From positions 46,326 through 110,325 of the forward strand of contig JAGVQM010000038.1 of the NCBI GenBank assembly GCA_020051695.1: a stretch of 64,000 nucleotides of DNA, read 5' to 3'. This DNA is from Candidatus Zixiibacteriota bacterium. GTDB lineage: Bacteria > Zixibacteria > MSB-5A5 > WJJR01 > JAJRUJ01. The notes under the pieces are model-generated. The model saw only the letters and a list, made by a program, of their open reading frames with translations, was not told the DNA's origin and did not search any database. Made by a program: the position numbers and the translations under genes. Position 1 is the stretch's first letter; each line of letters opens with the position of its first letter. This document shows, in pieces, positions 1 through 9,810 of the stretch.

Positions 1-542
1 AGGATACGCTGAAAATTTTGGAAACCAAACCCGGTTGCGGTTGCACCAAAGCGCCGCTGGAAAAAACCGTGCTGGCGCCGGGTGACAGCACGCACCTGGA
101 AGTTATTTTCGATTCGAAGAAATTCAGTAACCGCGTGAATAAAAGCGTGCGAATTACCACCAATGAAGGAGCACAGCCGCAGTTGGTCCGATTCACCGCG
201 CTGGTCGAGGATACTTCAAGCGGCGGCCTGCAACTGGCGATCGAACCGCGTGTTCTTGATGTGTCAGTGGATGGCAAAGCCACCAATCAAACATTGACGC
301 TGACCAATCGTACCGACCAGACGCTTCCGCTGCGTCTGGTGGAATTGCCCCGGGAATACCTGACGGTCAACCTGCCGGCTACGCTTGGTCCGCGCCAGAC
401 GGTCCGCGCCGCGGTCATCCTGACGCCCGTGGCGGCCGGCGGCCCATTCAACAAATCATTTACCTTTGAAACGGGCGAAAAAAACGGCACCCGCTACACC
501 GTACCGGTTGTGTACCAGGAATGTACACTGACACATCGTTGA
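1..542 (+). CDS. DUF1573 domain protein (5' partial, runs off window start)
   Basis: Frame continues to base 3 with no start codon (…DTLKILETKPGCGCT…). The GCGCT core followed by PL…THLEVIFDS is typical of DUF1573 beta-sandwich proteins. Stop TGA at 540-542. Confidence 0.6.
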   Translation, partial: DTLKILETKPGCGCTKAPLEKTVLAPGDSTHLEVIFDSKKFSNRVNKSVRITTNEGAQPQLVRFTALVEDTSSGGLQLAIEPRVLDVSVDGKATNQTLTLTNRTDQTLPLRLVELPREYLTVNLPATLGPRQTVRAAVILTPVAAGGPFNKSFTFETGEKNGTRYTVPVVYQECTLTHR

Positions 543-559
543 CGGTATTTTCCTGCCCG

Positions 560-606
560 GCGTATGGCCGGTGTAGATCCGTACACCGGCCATGCGTTTC
601 TGGTTA
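560..606 (+). terminator. Rho-independent terminator after the DUF1573 gene
   Basis: 15-bp stem cgtatggccggtgta / tacaccggccatgcg (one G-U pair), 6-nt loop, followed by TTTCTGGTT. Confidence 0.6.
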
Positions 607-712
607 ATGTCCGATATACCTTCCCACCGCGGAGTACTCAAGAATAGCTTGACCGGAGCAAGGTACAGGTAATAATTTACGCTGAATTGGTTATTAAACA
701 GGGGAGTTGGTA

Positions 713-1234
713 ATGAGCGCGCGGTGCTGCAGTACATTAATGATCATGCTGTTGTTGGTGGTGTTTACGGCGGCCGGAGCGAATGCTGAAAGTGATACCA
801 TGGGAATTGGAGTCAGGGTCCGGGATTCGGTGAAAACGCTGGACAAGCTGGATTGGCTGGTGGGCCGCTGGACCGGCGAGGCCTTCGGCGGCGTGTGTGA
901 GGAAGTGTGGAATCCGGCGGTGGGTGGCAGTATGACCGGGACATTTACTCTGATTACCGACGGGAATGTCGCTTTCTATGAGTTCTGTACGATCAGCATT
1001 GGCCCGGAAGGCCCGGTTTTGCGCTTAAAACATTTTAATCCCGACCTCACCGGTTGGGAAGAAAAAGACGAAGTCATTGAATTTCCTTTTGTCAGCCAGG
1101 ATAAGAACGAAATCAACTTCGAGGGATTGACCTACCGTCTGAAATCGGCTGATGAGTTGTATATTGCGGTGATGTTGAAAAACAAAGATGGACAAAGTGA
1201 AAAAGTGGAGATCAACTGTTCCCGAGCCAAATGA
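713..1234 (+). CDS. secreted hypothetical protein (DUF6265-like)
   Basis: ATG at 713 is preceded by GGGGAG at 701-706. N-terminal signal peptide MSARCCSTLMIMLLLVVFTAAGANA, then a WLVGRWTGE motif. Confidence 0.55.
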   Translation: MSARCCSTLMIMLLLVVFTAAGANAESDTMGIGVRVRDSVKTLDKLDWLVGRWTGEAFGGVCEEVWNPAVGGSMTGTFTLITDGNVAFYEFCTISIGPEGPVLRLKHFNPDLTGWEEKDEVIEFPFVSQDKNEINFEGLTYRLKSADELYIAVMLKNKDGQSEKVEINCSRAK

Positions 1235-1237
1235 GCG

Positions 1238-1699
1238 CTAGTTGATCGTCGCCAAATCATTGGTCAGCCACTTTTTTTCTTCCGCGTTTTCCACTGCCGC
1301 GACCAATGCCTGGGCCTGAGCCAGATGTTCCTTTTTCCTGCCGTCGTCGCCGGCCACCGCCGCCGCACGGGCCAGCGCTTCATGGGCATAACCGAGGTAA
1401 AACGGCCCGGCATCTTTCGCATATTCGAGGGCCAACAGGCCGTGCCGCCGGGCGGCAGCGGCATCTTCGACCAGCGCATACACCCGCGCCGCCTGCCAAT
1501 GGCCGACCGACAGGTTGGTGGCGGTGCAATCTTCGCGCCGGGTCCAGTGCCACAGCGAGGCCTGGGTCAGCCGGACCATTTGTTCGTTTTCTTCGCCGGT
1601 GCGCTGTTGCTTATCAATCAGCGTCCAGGCCTCATTAAAGCAGTGCACGGAAAAGAATTTGTGTGCGGCGGGCAGATCAAAATCCGGTGGCTGTGTCAT
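1238..1699 (-). CDS. hypothetical protein
   Basis: ATG at 1699 (MTQPPDFDL…) sits 6 nt downstream of AAGGAG. The longer ORF-track start upstream lacks an RBS. No recognisable domain. Confidence 0.45.
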   Translation of the reverse strand: MTQPPDFDLPAAHKFFSVHCFNEAWTLIDKQQRTGEENEQMVRLTQASLWHWTRREDCTATNLSVGHWQAARVYALVEDAAAARRHGLLALEYAKDAGPFYLGYAHEALARAAAVAGDDGRKKEHLAQAQALVAAVENAEEKKWLTNDLATIN

Positions 1700-1986
1700 A
1701 CATATCTCCTTGACGGTACTACGGGCGATGAACCGGGAGGTTTGCGGCAAAGGGGGGTTCCCGCATACAGTTTGCAACGCGATCTCGGGACAGCCCGCTC
1801 TCATTTGTTGCCCAGACTCACGCCATCTGCTCTCACCGATACGCCAAAATCGAACACACATACGATCCATGCGATCGGATCACGGACTGCCTGGCCGCTG
1901 CACCTGATGGCCGAGTTGCCGATAATCTGAAAAGGGAGATAGACGTCGGCCGGAAAAACGCCGGTCAGGTCTTGCAGGTGCTTAAG

Positions 1987-3129
1987 ATGAATCCAAACGA
2001 TCAGACCCTGTTGGGACAATGGCGCATAACGCAAGCCGAGACGGCGCACCGCAAAGATTTATTGGGATTCGGGCCGGACGATGTCTCGCTGCTCGCCGCC
2101 TGCCGGGAATACATCCATCTTGAGGTCGACGGACTGGTTGCCGCCTTCTACCAGCAGCAAACTGCATTTGACGAAATTCGTACGATCATCGGGGACGCCG
2201 ATACACTCCGTCGTCTCCACTTCACCATGCGCGAGTATGTCCTCTCGCTTTTTTCCGGCGAATACGGGCAGAAATATGTGAATAATCGTCTGCGCATCGG
2301 TTTATTGCATAAACAAATCGGCGTCCCGCCCAAGCTCTACCTGAGCGCAATGCATAACTTGTTGCTGAAAATTGAAGATTGTCTTGCCGTGCACCTCACA
2401 GATGTTGTTGTGCGCACGGCCGCCGGCCGGGCATTACGCAAGCTGTTGTTCTTTGATACGACGCTTGTTTTTGATACATATGTCCGCTGGCTGGTGTCCG
2501 AAATCGAAACCGCCCGGGATGACCTGGAACGTCATGCCCGGGACCTCGAGGATAAAGTCGCCGAACGCACCCGTGAATTACAGGAACAAGCCCGGCGTGA
2601 CGGTTTGACCGGGCTGTACAATCGCGCGGCACTCAGCGAATTCCTGGCACGAGACCTGTCGGTTGCCCGACGCAACCGGCAACCGCTTTGCCTGATTTAT
2701 TTCGATGTGGATGACTTTAAGCAGATCAATGATGCCGACGGGCACCTTGCGGGCGACCGGGTGTTACAAATTATTGCGGGAGTTCTCCGGACGACGTGCC
2801 GCGACACCGACGTCCCCTGCCGGTACGGCGGGGACGAATTTTGTGTGCTCCTGCCCAATTCCACGCACGCCGAGGCCGAGCATGTGAGCGAGCGGATCAT
2901 CGGGGAACTGACTCAAGACGCGCCGGAGATTAAAATCAGCATCGGCGTTGCGCAGAGCGGCCCGGAACACCATGATGATGTCGAACTGCTGCTCAAACGG
3001 GCCGATGATATGATGTATCAGCGAAAACGACGCGGCAAAAGACATCGCCCGGCGGCGGAAACCGGTGGAAGAGCCCACACGTCGAGAAACCCCGGATCTT
3101 CCCCGGCACGCAAAAAGAGCATGCCCTGA
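1987..3129 (+). CDS. globin-coupled sensor diguanylate cyclase (globin sensor domain + GGDEF)
   Basis: N-terminal about 160 aa carries the proximal-His motif of globin-coupled sensors (RIGLLHKQIGVPPKLYLSAMH). C-terminal GGDEF domain with RYGGDEF (…CRYGGDEFCVLL…) and a DxLTGLxNR-like motif (DGLTGLYNR). Confidence 0.8.
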   Translation: MNPNDQTLLGQWRITQAETAHRKDLLGFGPDDVSLLAACREYIHLEVDGLVAAFYQQQTAFDEIRTIIGDADTLRRLHFTMREYVLSLFSGEYGQKYVNNRLRIGLLHKQIGVPPKLYLSAMHNLLLKIEDCLAVHLTDVVVRTAAGRALRKLLFFDTTLVFDTYVRWLVSEIETARDDLERHARDLEDKVAERTRELQEQARRDGLTGLYNRAALSEFLARDLSVARRNRQPLCLIYFDVDDFKQINDADGHLAGDRVLQIIAGVLRTTCRDTDVPCRYGGDEFCVLLPNSTHAEAEHVSERIIGELTQDAPEIKISIGVAQSGPEHHDDVELLLKRADDMMYQRKRRGKRHRPAAETGGRAHTSRNPGSSPARKKSMP

Positions 3130-3367
3130 ATACCGGCCGCCCGCGACCGGCCGGCAGATTAAACGGCTGCACAATTACGGTCATCTCACCGCTCCCGGCG
3201 GCGATAGCCGGACAGACCATCATTTTATTGAACCACACGAGTTGTTTTCCGCAAGAACCCGGTGAAAAAATCCTTGTATGAGGTTGGGCGTTTTTCTTGA
3301 TTGCTGGCATGCAGACGATACGAGTACCAAATCGCCGCACGGCGCCACAGTGGAGGGTCGGGCTGAC

Positions 3368-3886
3368 ATGAACATCCGATTATATCCAAAAATCGGTTAT
3401 CTGGTTTCATTTGCAGTGCTTGTCATGTTTCTCTCCGGTTGCGGGATCCAGCGCCGGCATGAATTCGTCTTCGTGGAAGGCGAGGCCGATAAACCGATCG
3501 GCGGCTGGGTTGTTACTCCGTCATTAGTGAGGTTCGAACAAGGTTCGAGCGCTGAGGTCGAGGAATATTCACTACTGATCAACGCCGTTCCCACTCCGGA
3601 CCTCCGGCGGTACCGGCTTGGCCTTGATTCAGTGGAATTCATCCTGCCGGGGGGCGGGAATCCTGAACGCGGAAGACTGCTGGCTTTCGAGAACCGTCAG
3701 ACCGAATCGGAGTTGTTTACCCGGCGCCTGACCGGGGTCCGTTTTGTCACGTCGGTTAAGGAGATCACGTGCCGCATACACATGACGCTGATTACGATCG
3801 AGACAAATGAACGCTGGAACCGCTCCGCCGATTATCGGATTACATCGCGCTGGCACAGGAACATCTGGTCCGGCAGGCGGAAATGA
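3368..3886 (+). CDS. lipoprotein, hypothetical
   Basis: ATG at 3368. Signal peptide with lipobox (…VLVMFLSGCG…). The upstream in-frame extension in the ORF track lacks a signal peptide or RBS. Confidence 0.5.
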   Translation: MNIRLYPKIGYLVSFAVLVMFLSGCGIQRRHEFVFVEGEADKPIGGWVVTPSLVRFEQGSSAEVEEYSLLINAVPTPDLRRYRLGLDSVEFILPGGGNPERGRLLAFENRQTESELFTRRLTGVRFVTSVKEITCRIHMTLITIETNERWNRSADYRITSRWHRNIWSGRRK

Positions 3887-3898
3887 GCGGATGCAACC

Positions 3899-6160
3899 AT
3901 GATGGACCGGCGCGATATTTCATCCGCGATGATCTGGAGCACCTTTGGTGTCCTGCTGTTGCTGTGGGCGGCGCATGTGTATGCCGCATATGAACCCTCC
4001 AGACCGGTGTGGGGAATCCTCCACGCCACGCTGTTGGCCGACGGATGGCGCTGGGTCGTCTGGGGCGCCGGTCTGCTGTTGATTTTCCCGCTGTCGGCCG
4101 CAGCCATTGCCGGAGGATGCGCACGCCATGTTTACCGGCCACGCATCTTTCCCACTGTGCCATTCGCGCGAAAAGCCATCGTGCTGCTTTTGCTATGCGC
4201 CGGTTTGTTTGTCTTTCGCTCGCGGGCACATATTTTCGGGGATGGCTACCGCATGCTCGATCGGCTGGCCGAGGCCGGGCCGTCGGTGTTGTTCAGTGCG
4301 GACATCCTCAAGGAAACACTGGATTTCGGCTGGCACTGGCTCAACCACCGTGTCTGGGCCGAGCCGTTGGGGATCAGGCCGGCGTTCACGTACGGTTTAT
4401 TGAATTGTCTGGCCGGGTTGCTGATCCTGATCGGGCTGGCACGTCTGATTCGGGAATTGACTCCCGCCCGTGAACAACGTCTTTTTCTCTGGGCAGCGGT
4501 GGCGAGTTCGGGCACCTTACTCCTCGGATTTGGTTATGTCGAAAGTTATTCCTGGGCGTTTGCCGGGGTGGTGTGGGCGATCCTCTATGCGGTGCGCGCC
4601 CTCCGGCGGCCGGAGTTATGGCGGGCCGCATTTGTGTTGTGGCTTGTCGCCGTCGGTTTTCACCTGTTGGCGCTTATATTTGCCCCGGCGATGATCTGGG
4701 CGTTTTATGCCCGGTGCCACGACCGGCCATTGCCGCTGGGCTGGGTCGTGGTGATCACCGGCGCACTTGTTGCCGGTGGTTCATTTATCGCCGCGCACCT
4801 GCCGGGCTTGCACTTGTTCGTATTCCCATTTGCCGGACATAACGGCAATTACGTATTATGGTCAGCGGCGCATCTGATCGATCTGGTTAACTTGGTGCTG
4901 CTTGTGGCGCCTGCGGCACTCCCCTTGCTGGTCATGGCATGGTCCAAAAACGGCAGCGCCGGAGTGGCGCGCGGCTGGAGTATTGTGGCGTTGGCCGCGT
5001 GTGGCGCCTGGTGGGCGGCGGTGGTCATCGACCCCACACTCGGCGCGGCGCGGGATTGGGACCTTCTTTCCTATTTTGGTCCGTTTCTGTGTTTGGGCGC
5101 CGCCGGATTGGTCCTGAGTCGAAAGTCGGGAATATCAAAGGCGACGATCAGTGTACTTACCGTCCAACTCGTCGGGCTGGTCATTTTTCACACTATGCCC
5201 TGGATCGCGGCACACCAAAACGCCGGGCGCGCCGTGGAAATGATGGACGTGATGCTTGCCGATGACCCGCATCTCAGCACGGAATATGATGATGCGGCGC
5301 GGGCCGTTGATTTCGGACAATTCCTGATCAGTGACGACCTCCAACGCTATGACCTGGGGACGAAATATTTTTTGCGCCGGACTACTGCAGTCCCGGATGA
5401 CCCCGACGCCTGGTGGAGTCTGGGTTCGATGTATTGGTACCGTGGGTTGCCGGACAGTTGTTATTCGGCATATCGCGAGTCGTTGCGCGCCGATTCGACT
5501 AATGTCCAATATTGGCATAATTTTGGTGTGTTGTTGCTGGGCCAGAGTCATCTCTCCGAAGCTAAACGGTGTTTTCTCAAGGTCCAGGAATTGAAACCCG
5601 GTGAACTGCAGCCGCTCTGGGGGTTGGCCACTTTGTATCAGCTGGAGGGACGGTATGATTCTACTGTAATCATGCTTGAGAGAGTCATTCAGTTGGAGCC
5701 GGGTTCCTGGGAAGTCCATTTTGCTCTCGGACTGGGGCGGCTGCGGCTGCAGGAGTATGCTGCTGCGCTTGACGAATTCGTTGAGGCCGCGAAATTGAAG
5801 CCTGCCGAGCGCCTGGTTTATCGGCGTGTCGGAGAAATCCTGCTGCAGCAGAAGAAGGTGACGGCGCTCCAACACCTGTTGCAAGACTGGGGCCGGCAAG
5901 CCGGGCCGCAGACCCGGGACGAACTCCGGCAGTGGCAGACCGTGGTCGATGCGTGGCCGGAGGTCCCGGCCGACGATGCCCATCTGGGTGATTTATTTGC
6001 CGTTCTGGCCGAATGGTATGCCGGGCATGACCTGCCGTTGATTGCTTATGATTTCTATCGCCGAGCCGTCCAATATGCGCCCGATTCCGCGAAATATCAG
6101 GCGCAAATCGATACATTGCGTGTGATCGTTCAACCATGCGTCGATGACATATGGCAGTAA
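3899..6160 (+). CDS. polytopic membrane protein with C-terminal TPR repeats (TMTC/DUF2723-like GT-C-fold putative glycosyltransferase)
   Basis: About 430 aa with 10 or more hydrophobic helices, then a TPR-rich soluble domain (WWSLGSMYWYRGLPDSCYSAYRESLRADSTNVQYWHNFGVLLL…). This architecture matches O-mannosyltransferase-like TPR proteins. Confidence 0.5.
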   Translation: MMDRRDISSAMIWSTFGVLLLLWAAHVYAAYEPSRPVWGILHATLLADGWRWVVWGAGLLLIFPLSAAAIAGGCARHVYRPRIFPTVPFARKAIVLLLLCAGLFVFRSRAHIFGDGYRMLDRLAEAGPSVLFSADILKETLDFGWHWLNHRVWAEPLGIRPAFTYGLLNCLAGLLILIGLARLIRELTPAREQRLFLWAAVASSGTLLLGFGYVESYSWAFAGVVWAILYAVRALRRPELWRAAFVLWLVAVGFHLLALIFAPAMIWAFYARCHDRPLPLGWVVVITGALVAGGSFIAAHLPGLHLFVFPFAGHNGNYVLWSAAHLIDLVNLVLLVAPAALPLLVMAWSKNGSAGVARGWSIVALAACGAWWAAVVIDPTLGAARDWDLLSYFGPFLCLGAAGLVLSRKSGISKATISVLTVQLVGLVIFHTMPWIAAHQNAGRAVEMMDVMLADDPHLSTEYDDAARAVDFGQFLISDDLQRYDLGTKYFLRRTTAVPDDPDAWWSLGSMYWYRGLPDSCYSAYRESLRADSTNVQYWHNFGVLLLGQSHLSEAKRCFLKVQELKPGELQPLWGLATLYQLEGRYDSTVIMLERVIQLEPGSWEVHFALGLGRLRLQEYAAALDEFVEAAKLKPAERLVYRRVGEILLQQKKVTALQHLLQDWGRQAGPQTRDELRQWQTVVDAWPEVPADDAHLGDLFAVLAEWYAGHDLPLIAYDFYRRAVQYAPDSAKYQAQIDTLRVIVQPCVDDIWQ

Positions 6161-6313
6161 GCGGAATAGAATGTGAAATTGCCGTCTGCTGCAGTATGAA
6201 TATACATGCTTCCTCACCACCACCAATTAAAACCGGCAAACGGCCGATGTTGCGCAGGGCATCGTCACAGTATTCAATTGCCGGACCGTCCCCTGAATTG
6301 GATCCGGGCCGAT

Positions 6314-7855
6314 TTACCGGGTATCGAGTTCAGACCGGCCCGAGCGGTCCGAGGACCGCAAAAGATTCCTGAATAACGTTCGGTCTTCAGGTTTCCAGAC
6401 GATCCGGAAAATCAGCAGCAATGATGGGACTGCGCAGAGCATCCCCCAGGCAAGCAATTCGATCCAACCCGAAAGTGTGATATAATGGACTGTAAAATAT
6501 CCGGCGATGAGTGACGGCGCCGCCGACAAAGCCGCCAGGACCAGCATGCGGTAATAATCCGTCACCGGCCGCCCGGTGTAGCGGCAGGCCAATACGGGAA
6601 TATATACGCCGTTACGGACCAGCAGGCACGCGGCCGAAGCCAAGGCGATGCCGGCAAGTCCCCAGCCAAATTGTAAGACCAGGAAGATGGACACAATCGC
6701 ATTCCCTAATCCGATTACTAGGGCGGAGATGGCGCTTTCCCGGATTTTTCCGAGTCCGGTCAACACCGCGAGCGCCACATACGAACAAACCGTGACCGCC
6801 ATCGGAAAAGCGATAATCCGCAGTACGGCGACTGCCGGTCCCTGTTCGGGACCGACCCAGATATGAATCAGCGGAGGCGCAAAAATCCACAGCATGCTCG
6901 CAGCCAGCCAGCCCAGCGGCATGAGCAGCCGTTCATTCTGGCGGGCCAGGTTGCGGATATCCTCCTCCCGGCCCCCGGCCTGTAATGTGGTCACGCGGGG
7001 GATCAGTACGGTCGTAATTGCCGAAAAAATCGCGCGTAGCAGGAAGTTCCATTTGACACCGCAAAAATAGGCGGTGACCATGGCCGGTCCCAGCAGCCAG
7101 CCGGCGATGAGAATGTCTGCCTGTTGCAGGATGATTAATCCTACTCCCGCAGTCATTATTTCAACGGTGAACACGGCAATGGGCCGCAGCAGGTCGCGGC
7201 TGAATTGGCGGATTGTCAAATGCAGTTCAGGCAATAACCGCCGGATGAAAAACAAACCACCGGCAGTGCGCCACACCGCCCCGGCGAGCGTCCCGACACC
7301 GATCCAGGCCAAAGATGCGCCCTTGATTTCCGACAGGCCGATAATCAAGACCAGACGGATCAGACCGCCGACGATCATAATCCCGTATTCATAGTCGAAA
7401 CGTTCGCAAGCGAAATAGCCGACCGAAAGCGCGCTGCGCGCCATGTCCAGACTTACCGCCGCGCCGAACAGCAGGGTCAACACCCGGGCGGCCGGCATAA
7501 ATTCCGGGGCAAATGGGAACAGGCGGTCGGCTTGCCAGGCCAGCAGCACACTGAGCGCCATACCCGCCGCACCCAGACCGAACAACAGAAATGAGGTCGT
7601 GGAGTAATACTGTCCGGCCTCGCCGACATCTTTCCGCCCCAGCGCATGGGTGACAAAACGCCCGGCGGCAGTCTGCACCGCGGTAGGGATGATGGTAAAA
7701 AGAACAAACAGCGAGCTCAGCCAGGGGATGAGGCCATACGCCTCCGAGCCGAGGCGGCCCACAAAATACGCCACGACAATCAGGGTAATCAGTCCGTCGA
7801 GGGCCAGGTTACCCAGTTTGGCCGCCGCGTTGATCGAAAACCGCTGCGGCTTCAT
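6314..7855 (-). CDS. MOP-superfamily oligosaccharide flippase (Wzx/MurJ-like polysaccharide biosynthesis protein)
   Basis: ATG at 7855 (MKPQRFSINAAAKLGNLALDGLITLIVVAYFVGRLG…). About 12-14 TM helices. The N-terminal motif is typical of PF01943/PF13440 flippases. Confidence 0.65.
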   Translation of the reverse strand: MKPQRFSINAAAKLGNLALDGLITLIVVAYFVGRLGSEAYGLIPWLSSLFVLFTIIPTAVQTAAGRFVTHALGRKDVGEAGQYYSTTSFLLFGLGAAGMALSVLLAWQADRLFPFAPEFMPAARVLTLLFGAAVSLDMARSALSVGYFACERFDYEYGIMIVGGLIRLVLIIGLSEIKGASLAWIGVGTLAGAVWRTAGGLFFIRRLLPELHLTIRQFSRDLLRPIAVFTVEIMTAGVGLIILQQADILIAGWLLGPAMVTAYFCGVKWNFLLRAIFSAITTVLIPRVTTLQAGGREEDIRNLARQNERLLMPLGWLAASMLWIFAPPLIHIWVGPEQGPAVAVLRIIAFPMAVTVCSYVALAVLTGLGKIRESAISALVIGLGNAIVSIFLVLQFGWGLAGIALASAACLLVRNGVYIPVLACRYTGRPVTDYYRMLVLAALSAAPSLIAGYFTVHYITLSGWIELLAWGMLCAVPSLLLIFRIVWKPEDRTLFRNLLRSSDRSGRSELDTR

Positions 7856-7960
7856 CAATACCCCGCCCGATGCTGTCATCGGCCGGATAGTACACAAACT
7901 CCCCCGGCCGGACAACAGCATATCTCACGCGGATGCGTCCGGAATACGACTTGGCCGGCC

Positions 7961-9793
7961 ATGGCGTATTGTAGTATAATGACGGGACTAGCGGGAGGGA
8001 CTGTGCCGAAGTATGTCGTGGTTCTGACGTGGTGCGTATTGTGCTGCATACTCGCGGGGGCGGCCGACTTGGCTGCGGCAGGTCTTGACTCGCTTGCGGT
8101 GCGGCTGGTCTGGATTGGGGACCAGCGGGTGTACTTCAACGCTGGCGAGGTCAGCGGAATTACGCCGGGCTGGCGGGTGTATTTACCTTCCGCAGTCACC
8201 GGGAACAGTAACGGTTGCTGGGGCGCGATCGACCAAGTCTATCCTGATTTATCCTCCGCACCCTGGGATACCTCTTTGATTTCAAAGCGTGTCTTGTCCC
8301 CGGATTCTCCGCAGGTCCTGCTCTTCCCGCCGGAGCCGAAAACACTCCGTATCCCTCATCTGCGCGTAGGACTGGTCAATGATGGACAAGCGGTTGATGA
8401 TGCCTCCGACCTTCTACAATTTCCGCCGCCGGCCTCATTACTGTGGCCCTGGACCAGAGGCGTGGATTCGACTGCGTCCGTTCAAGACGGGTTGTTTGCA
8501 TCTCGGCAGACAGCGGATGGTCGGCGATGGGCTATCAGTCTGGACACCTTGGCACGGCCTGAGGGAGAATTTCCCCATAGCTGGGGGGCGCTGGCTGACC
8601 GGCTGACCAGCATCACCGAACAGCATGATCGCCTGGACTGTCCTGCGGTCTGGGCGCTGCGGCCGCAGGAGGATGATCCCTTGCGCCGCGAAGGGGTATT
8701 TTTCGAAGGATTTTCGTATATCGATGACACGACGGTGGGGCTGGAATATGCCACGCCGTTTTACACCTTTGCCGAGTATGCAAATTCCGGCAGTTGGCGG
8801 CGTACACTGGCGGCTGCTGCACACGCCGACGCGGAACTGGATATTCGGCCGCCGGGCTGGACGCTGTACGGCAATCAGACCTGGGTCCGGACAACGGCGG
8901 CGGCTGTCGGAGATTTGCCGGTGATGATTGATACCGTCACGGTCGAATCATTTGCCGATTATAAAAATCAGCGGCTGGCCCTGGAATTGGAAGAGTTGGA
9001 TGTCTGTGCGATTTCCATTGATGATGTGCTGCGCGGCCTGCCGTCCCCGGATAAATACCACGTGGTCTCGTCGGTCCAAAATGCCCTCGTTGTCTTCGGG
9101 GTCAACCAGCGCAAAGACGACCTGAACGCCAACCTGCTGACCACCGCAGTCTGCTGCCTCGTCGATAAATTATCCCTGGTCCGCGCCCTGCTGGCCGACC
9201 AGGGACAGGTGACTCATACCATTCTGGCGCTGGATGATTCGCTGGGCCAGCCGCACTATCCGTACGATCCCCGCCGGGGCGGCGATCTGTTGATAAATAA
9301 ACGTCTGCGCCGGACTTTGAATTTTTATGTCGACCGCCGCATCGATCGCGGCATGATGGTTGCCGAATATATCGCCGGGAAACTGGCGGCGGAGGGGATA
9401 AAGACGCGGCTGGTCCCCGCCGGGCCCGAGCATTTCGCCGCCGCCGATTATTGCCGGGATATGGACCTCTTCATTTACCTCTGGCCGGTATGCGCCCTTC
9501 GGCCCGACCAGAGTCTTTATCCGTTTTTGTACGGCCCGACGCTGCCCTGCGGCACCAATCCGCTGGGTCTCGATCAGCCCGAATTCCTCACCCTGCTTGA
9601 GGCAGCCCGGCGGGAATCGGCCGCACTATTGCGGCAGCGATATTATCGGGAAATCGAATATCGCCTGTTGGCAGAACCCTATATTTGCCCGTTATATCGG
9701 CCGATCAGAAAGATAGTGGCTGCAAACCACTTGCCCGAGATTCGGTTGACCGCCGACGGGGAACTAGATATGTTTCCCGTGGGTGGCAAATAG
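7961..9793 (+). CDS. secreted solute-binding-protein family 5-like protein (orphan, no ABC permease or ATPase nearby)
   Basis: Signal-like N-terminus (KYVVVLTWCVLCCILAGAADLAAAG). C-terminal region resembles the OppA/DppA fold signature (…AEYIAGKLAAEGIKTRLVPAG…DMDLFIYLWP…DQSLYPFLYGP). An alternative ATG lies at 7979. Confidence 0.4.
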   Translation: MAYCSIMTGLAGGTVPKYVVVLTWCVLCCILAGAADLAAAGLDSLAVRLVWIGDQRVYFNAGEVSGITPGWRVYLPSAVTGNSNGCWGAIDQVYPDLSSAPWDTSLISKRVLSPDSPQVLLFPPEPKTLRIPHLRVGLVNDGQAVDDASDLLQFPPPASLLWPWTRGVDSTASVQDGLFASRQTADGRRWAISLDTLARPEGEFPHSWGALADRLTSITEQHDRLDCPAVWALRPQEDDPLRREGVFFEGFSYIDDTTVGLEYATPFYTFAEYANSGSWRRTLAAAAHADAELDIRPPGWTLYGNQTWVRTTAAAVGDLPVMIDTVTVESFADYKNQRLALELEELDVCAISIDDVLRGLPSPDKYHVVSSVQNALVVFGVNQRKDDLNANLLTTAVCCLVDKLSLVRALLADQGQVTHTILALDDSLGQPHYPYDPRRGGDLLINKRLRRTLNFYVDRRIDRGMMVAEYIAGKLAAEGIKTRLVPAGPEHFAAADYCRDMDLFIYLWPVCALRPDQSLYPFLYGPTLPCGTNPLGLDQPEFLTLLEAARRESAALLRQRYYREIEYRLLAEPYICPLYRPIRKIVAANHLPEIRLTADGELDMFPVGGK

Positions 9794-9810
9794 CAAATCA
9801 GAGAGGTGGG

